Origin: Podospora anserina
Taxonomy: Eukaryota
Assembly (NCBI GenBank): GCA_017654855.1
Contig: CM030332.1
Location: 310,001-374,000 of the forward strand
Length of the DNA stretch: 64,000 nucleotides
Direction of reading: 5' to 3'
The position numbers and the translations under genes are program-made. This document shows positions 60,301 through 64,000 of this stretch, piece after piece (positions within the stretch are counted from its first letter, which is position 1; every line of letters begins with the position of its first letter). The notes below the pieces were generated by a model. The model did no database searches, was not told the origin of the DNA, and saw only the letters and a program-made list of their open reading frames with translations.

Positions 60301-62509
60301 AAGGTTTTTAAATAAAGTTTATAGCGACCTCGGACTAATTATACGTAATAAGGTTAAGGACTCTCTCGACCTAACTAAAAAAATTTTTAACGAAAAAAGT
60401 TATAAATATTTAAGTAATAAGGTCGTCGACCGTTTAATCGAACGAAATAATAAATTTTTTTAAAAAAAAGGTTATTAAGAGGAAGCGATTAATAAATATT
60501 AAAAAAAATAAAAAATAAGTAAAAATAAAGAAAATTAATATAAGTATTTATAATTAAATAATAGAATAATATAACTAGTCCTATAAACCTTTATAGGAGA
60601 GAAACTTATTAAAATGTTTTTTCCTTTTTAAACGACTTATATAATTATTTAATAATTTTACTTTATAAGTTAAATAAATAATAAAAAATAAAGATTTACT
60701 AAAAACCTTTTTCCTTTTTTAACTTTTTATTTTAAAAAAATTCTTTATTTCCCTTTCGATAACCCTTTAATTATAAATTATACTATATATTACTCCCTTT
60801 TAATTCTTATAAAATAATATTATTAACGTTTTTTATAAAGTTTATTTATAATATATTATAAGAAAAATTTATTATTATTAAAAAATTCGGTCCTCCTAAT
60901 AATTTTATTAAAGAGATTATTCGGAAAACGCGCCTTTAAAGTATTAATAAAGTTTATAATTTTAATTTCCCGCGCGGTATTTTCCTTCCCTAAAGTAATA
61001 ATATTTTTTAGTTTATTCGTTTTAATTTTAATTTAATTACCGACCTAAAAAATTATATTATAGGAAAGCAGCCCGATTAAATTAATATTACTTTTATAAA
61101 GTAATTTTCGATTAATATTATTAAAAAAGAATTTTTAATTTAAAAATAATAATTTCCCTTAATCGGACTTATATTTATAGTATTTATATAGCTTCCCTTA
61201 CTTACGTTATATATAACCTTTAAAATTAATTAAAAACTAAATAATAGTTTATTAGTTCGGTCCTTACTTATATTTTTTAATATTTTCTTTAAAGAATCCT
61301 CGAGCGTTATATATAAATCCTTAAAAAGCTTTTAAACCCTATTATAATAAAGTCGTTAATACGCTTTTTTCTATTTAACAATAACTATAATACTTTTAAC
61401 CGACGATATTAAATCCTTTCTATTTATATTAATAACGGAAACTATTAAGTAATAAGTATTTATAACGTTATTATTAATATTTTAGTTTATATAAACTTAT
61501 TAAAAGATTAAAAAAGGTATTAAACTAATATTATTTTTTATTTAATATTTTATATCCGTTATACTTTTTATTATAACTTTAATATAAAAATAAGGAGGTT
61601 AGCCTATAGTAAATAAAGCGAGGTATAGGAATATAGTTTTTAAATTTTAAAGTATTACTATATTTACTTTTAAAGAAGTATTTTATACGGTAAAGAGAAG
61701 GATTTAACAGTAATAAAGGTTTAGAAAGGAGATTATTACTATAGAGATTATAAAACTATAAGTATTACGGGAAAAAAAATAATAAAATTATAAATAATTT
61801 ATATAAAAAAATTTTTAAATTATAAATTTAATTAAAGGGTACGTAATAAAAAATAAAGGAGGAGGGGTTTAAAAAATTTAATAAACGCGGAAGGATTTAA
61901 CTTATTAAATACCTTTTCGTTTCTTTTTAAGTTTTTATTAATTCCCCGGTTTACTTCCCTCCCTAATTCTCCGTTAACTTTAATTATTATTATTAAAGGA
62001 AATAAATATATTATAGGTTTTCCTTTTAATTATAAAGGATTTAAATTAAATAATATATTAAATAACTTTTAATAATTAAGTAAGGTAATAACCCCCTTTA
62101 AATTCCGTACTCCTATAATAATAAACTTACCGCTCCTCTTTAAGTTTATAATTACCCGTTCCCTTACTTATAACTACTTAAAATCGCTAATAATATACTT
62201 TTCGTTTAATTATATATTTAATTTTATAGGATAAAAGTAAGCTCCTAAAGTTCTTTAGAGACGAAAGGAGGAGGTCGTTAGGTTACTAGTTATAATAGTT
62301 CGATAGGGACGGAAGTATATTCTAAGATCCGAAAAGTAAAAATACTTTTTTCTTTAATTAAAGGAAAATAGATAAAGGGATAGTAAGATTATATTATTTT
62401 CCCTTCTTTTTATTAAATAATATTTTTTTTTTTTTTAGTTTATAAAAGATTTTTTTTTTATATACGTATTTACTTACTGGTTTATAATAGTTAAATGCAA
62501 AGGGAGGTT

Positions 62510-62872
62510 TAGTTTAGGGTGCGGCTACAAGCCTAAAAGTATAAGTAAGGAAGCGGGGCTCTTAAAGGACTTAAGGGTTTAAGGGTTATATATATAAGCG
62601 GTCTGCTTCGGACATTCTATTTTAAATAGAATATCGACTTTTATTCTTTTTTTCGTATTTTATACCTTACACGCGTATAAGTAATTCTAGCCCTCTAATT
62701 AGGCTAATCCGGTGCTTATTATATAGCTTACGAGCCTATAGTATTTTTTCTTTGTCTTACGTAAAGTGCGGCCTGCGAGCGAATTACTATTACGTAAGTA
62801 TATTTATTCTGAAACCTATTAAGGGTATATTTATAGTATTGTAGTTATTTTATATATTTTCTCACCATTTTA
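62510..62872 (+). repeat. Gypsy 3' LTR
   Basis: TAGTTTAGGGTGCGG...CTCACCATTTTA, followed by TSD CTAC. Confidence 0.92.
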
Positions 62873-63515
62873 CTACAGGCCACTAAGTTACAGAAAAAAG
62901 AATTCGAAGTGGTAAATGACGATACTATAGATACCACTACTCTAGTAAATTATTTTATTAACTAGGCTACTACGGCTATTACCTACAGCACTACTTTTAT
63001 CGGCACAGAGCCTAAGACTTTTAAACAGGCCTTAAAGCACCCACTAAAGGACTAGTGGCTACAGGCCTCCTTCAGTGAGCTACAGTAGCTACTCAATTCC
63101 AAAACCTTCTACTTTATTAACCGCTTACAGGCTCCAAAAAGGCCTATTACTAGCCGATGGGTCTATAAAGCCAAAAAGGACTCACAGGACCAAATTATTA
63201 AATTTAAAGCCCGGCTAGTAATTAGAGGCTTCTAATAGGTACCCGGAACCGATTTCACGGAGACCTTTATAGCCACTACGGCACTACTTACCTAGCGGGT
63301 TTTACTAGCTATTGCAGCCGAAGAAGACTTAGAAATTAAGCAAATCGATTTCGTTAGGGCCTTTCTTAACGCTGGTGTGGACTCCGATATATATATGGAA
63401 GTCCCTGAAGGCCTATACGAATATAGCTTTAGTAGCTAAACCGCTATAGACCTTTTAAAATAATATTACTAGGACCCTTCGAAGGACCAAGTTATAATAC
63501 TAAAAAGGTCCCTAT

Positions 63516-64000
63516 TAGTTTAGGGTGCGGCTATAGGCTTAAGAGTATGAGTAAGGAAGCGGGGCTCTCAGAGGACTCAGGGGTTCAGGGGTTATGTATA
63601 TAAGCGGTCTGCTTCGGACATTCTATTTTAGACAGGACATCGACTTTTATTCTTTTCTTCGTATTTTATGCCTTGCACGCGTGCAGGCAATTCTGGCCCT
63701 CTAATCAGGCCAATCCGGTGTTTATTATGTGGCCTGCGAGCCCATAGTGTCTTTTCTTTGTCCTACGTAAAGTGCGGCCTGCGAGCGAGTTACTGTTACG
63801 CAGGTGTGTTCATTCTGAGACCTGTTGAGGGTATATTTAAGAGGGTGTTGTGGTTGTTTTATGTGTTTTCTTACTATTTTAAATGGAGGTCGTGCCCGGG
63901 TTGAGTAAAGCTTAGGGTCCAAACTAGACTTATAAGCCCTAGGTACTAAAGGAAATACGAAGTTACGAATAATAATAAATATTAATAACTTTACTAAACC
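63516..64000 (+). mobile_element. Second Gypsy copy (5' LTR 63516-63881, PBS and leader), inserted in Copia RT; runs off window
   Basis: LTR copy followed by the same leader as 51383 onward; interrupts the Copia RT at LKRSL|Y. Confidence 0.92.
63884..63900 (+). promoter_or_regulatory. Gypsy primer-binding site, tRNA-Gln-like
   Basis: TGGAGGTCGTGCCCGGG, 2 nt after the LTR; complementary to ...CCCGGGCACGACCT-CCA, which resembles fungal tRNA-Gln 3' ends as recalled. Confidence 0.7.

Larger units (their letters stand above)
51020..62872 (+). mobile_element. Full-length, heavily RIP-degraded Ty3/Gypsy retrotransposon (11,853 bp)
   Basis: LTRs 51020-51382 and 62510-62872; CTAC TSD on both sides; PBS TGGAGGTCGTG after the 5' LTR; purine tract AAAGGGAGG before the 3' LTR. 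Relics in RT-RH-IN order: SPYRNN at ~56200, YLND (from YLDD) at ~56550, KRELKG and FTVKTDA at ~57170-57260, integrase at ~57800-58450. Confidence 0.92.
46497..63515 (+). mobile_element. RIP-mutated Ty1/Copia retrotransposon split by three Gypsy-family insertions (pieces 46497-48810, 49174-51019, 62873-63515); 3' end beyond window
   Basis: 5' LTR and PBS GGTTATGAGCCC; gag relic; protease WLFDTGSTVHICN at ~49187; L*HVRLGH..CKSC and integrase at ~49980-50800; RT PITSRWVYKAK..KFKARLVIRGF..QIDFVRAFLNA..IYMEVPEG at ~63010-63500. The PR-IN-RT order is diagnostic of Copia. Confidence 0.92.

Noticed and set aside
51400-62500. AT-rich block as a mitochondrial insertion or foreign DNA
   Set aside because: Bounded by LTRs with a TSD, contains RT/RNase H/integrase relics and has RIP dinucleotide bias.
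48695-63904. Three similar short ORFs (MPCTRAGNSGPLIRPIRC...) as a gene family
   Set aside because: They are translations of the repeated Gypsy LTR.

Overview
Eukaryotic DNA from a filamentous ascomycete (Sordariales-like). Gene content, intron signals and RIP-mutated LTR elements suggest Podospora, but that is inference. The window has four zones. (1) 1-7 kb, conserved housekeeping genes: photolyase 5' end, RPS21, SLX4 and a NUDT19-like Nudix hydrolase. (2) 7-34 kb, an accessory region: solo LTRs, a secreted Cys-rich protein, two decayed NB-ARC/TPR NLR genes, a DUF2278-LTD gene, a DUF1749 hydrolase, a cutinase, a Q-rich coiled-coil orphan, a DUF1917-like gene with TAG at a conserved Trp, a deaminase pseudogene, and three orphan genes that appear to share an unrecognised ~100-aa helical domain (two of them also carry paired zinc fingers split by an identically placed intron). 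(3) 35-46.4 kb, metabolic and membrane genes: PTH11-like, SGNH esterase, asaB/CmcJ-like oxidase, TmpA-like, an intron-containing tRNA-Glu(CTC), tannase, and a frameshifted DUF6594-like gene. (4) 46.5-64 kb, a RIP-degraded nest: a Copia element interrupted three times by one Ty3/Gypsy family (a solo LTR, an 11.85-kb full element with 4-bp TSD and tRNA-Gln-type PBS, and a third copy running off the window). All family calls come from motif recognition by eye; no database search was run.
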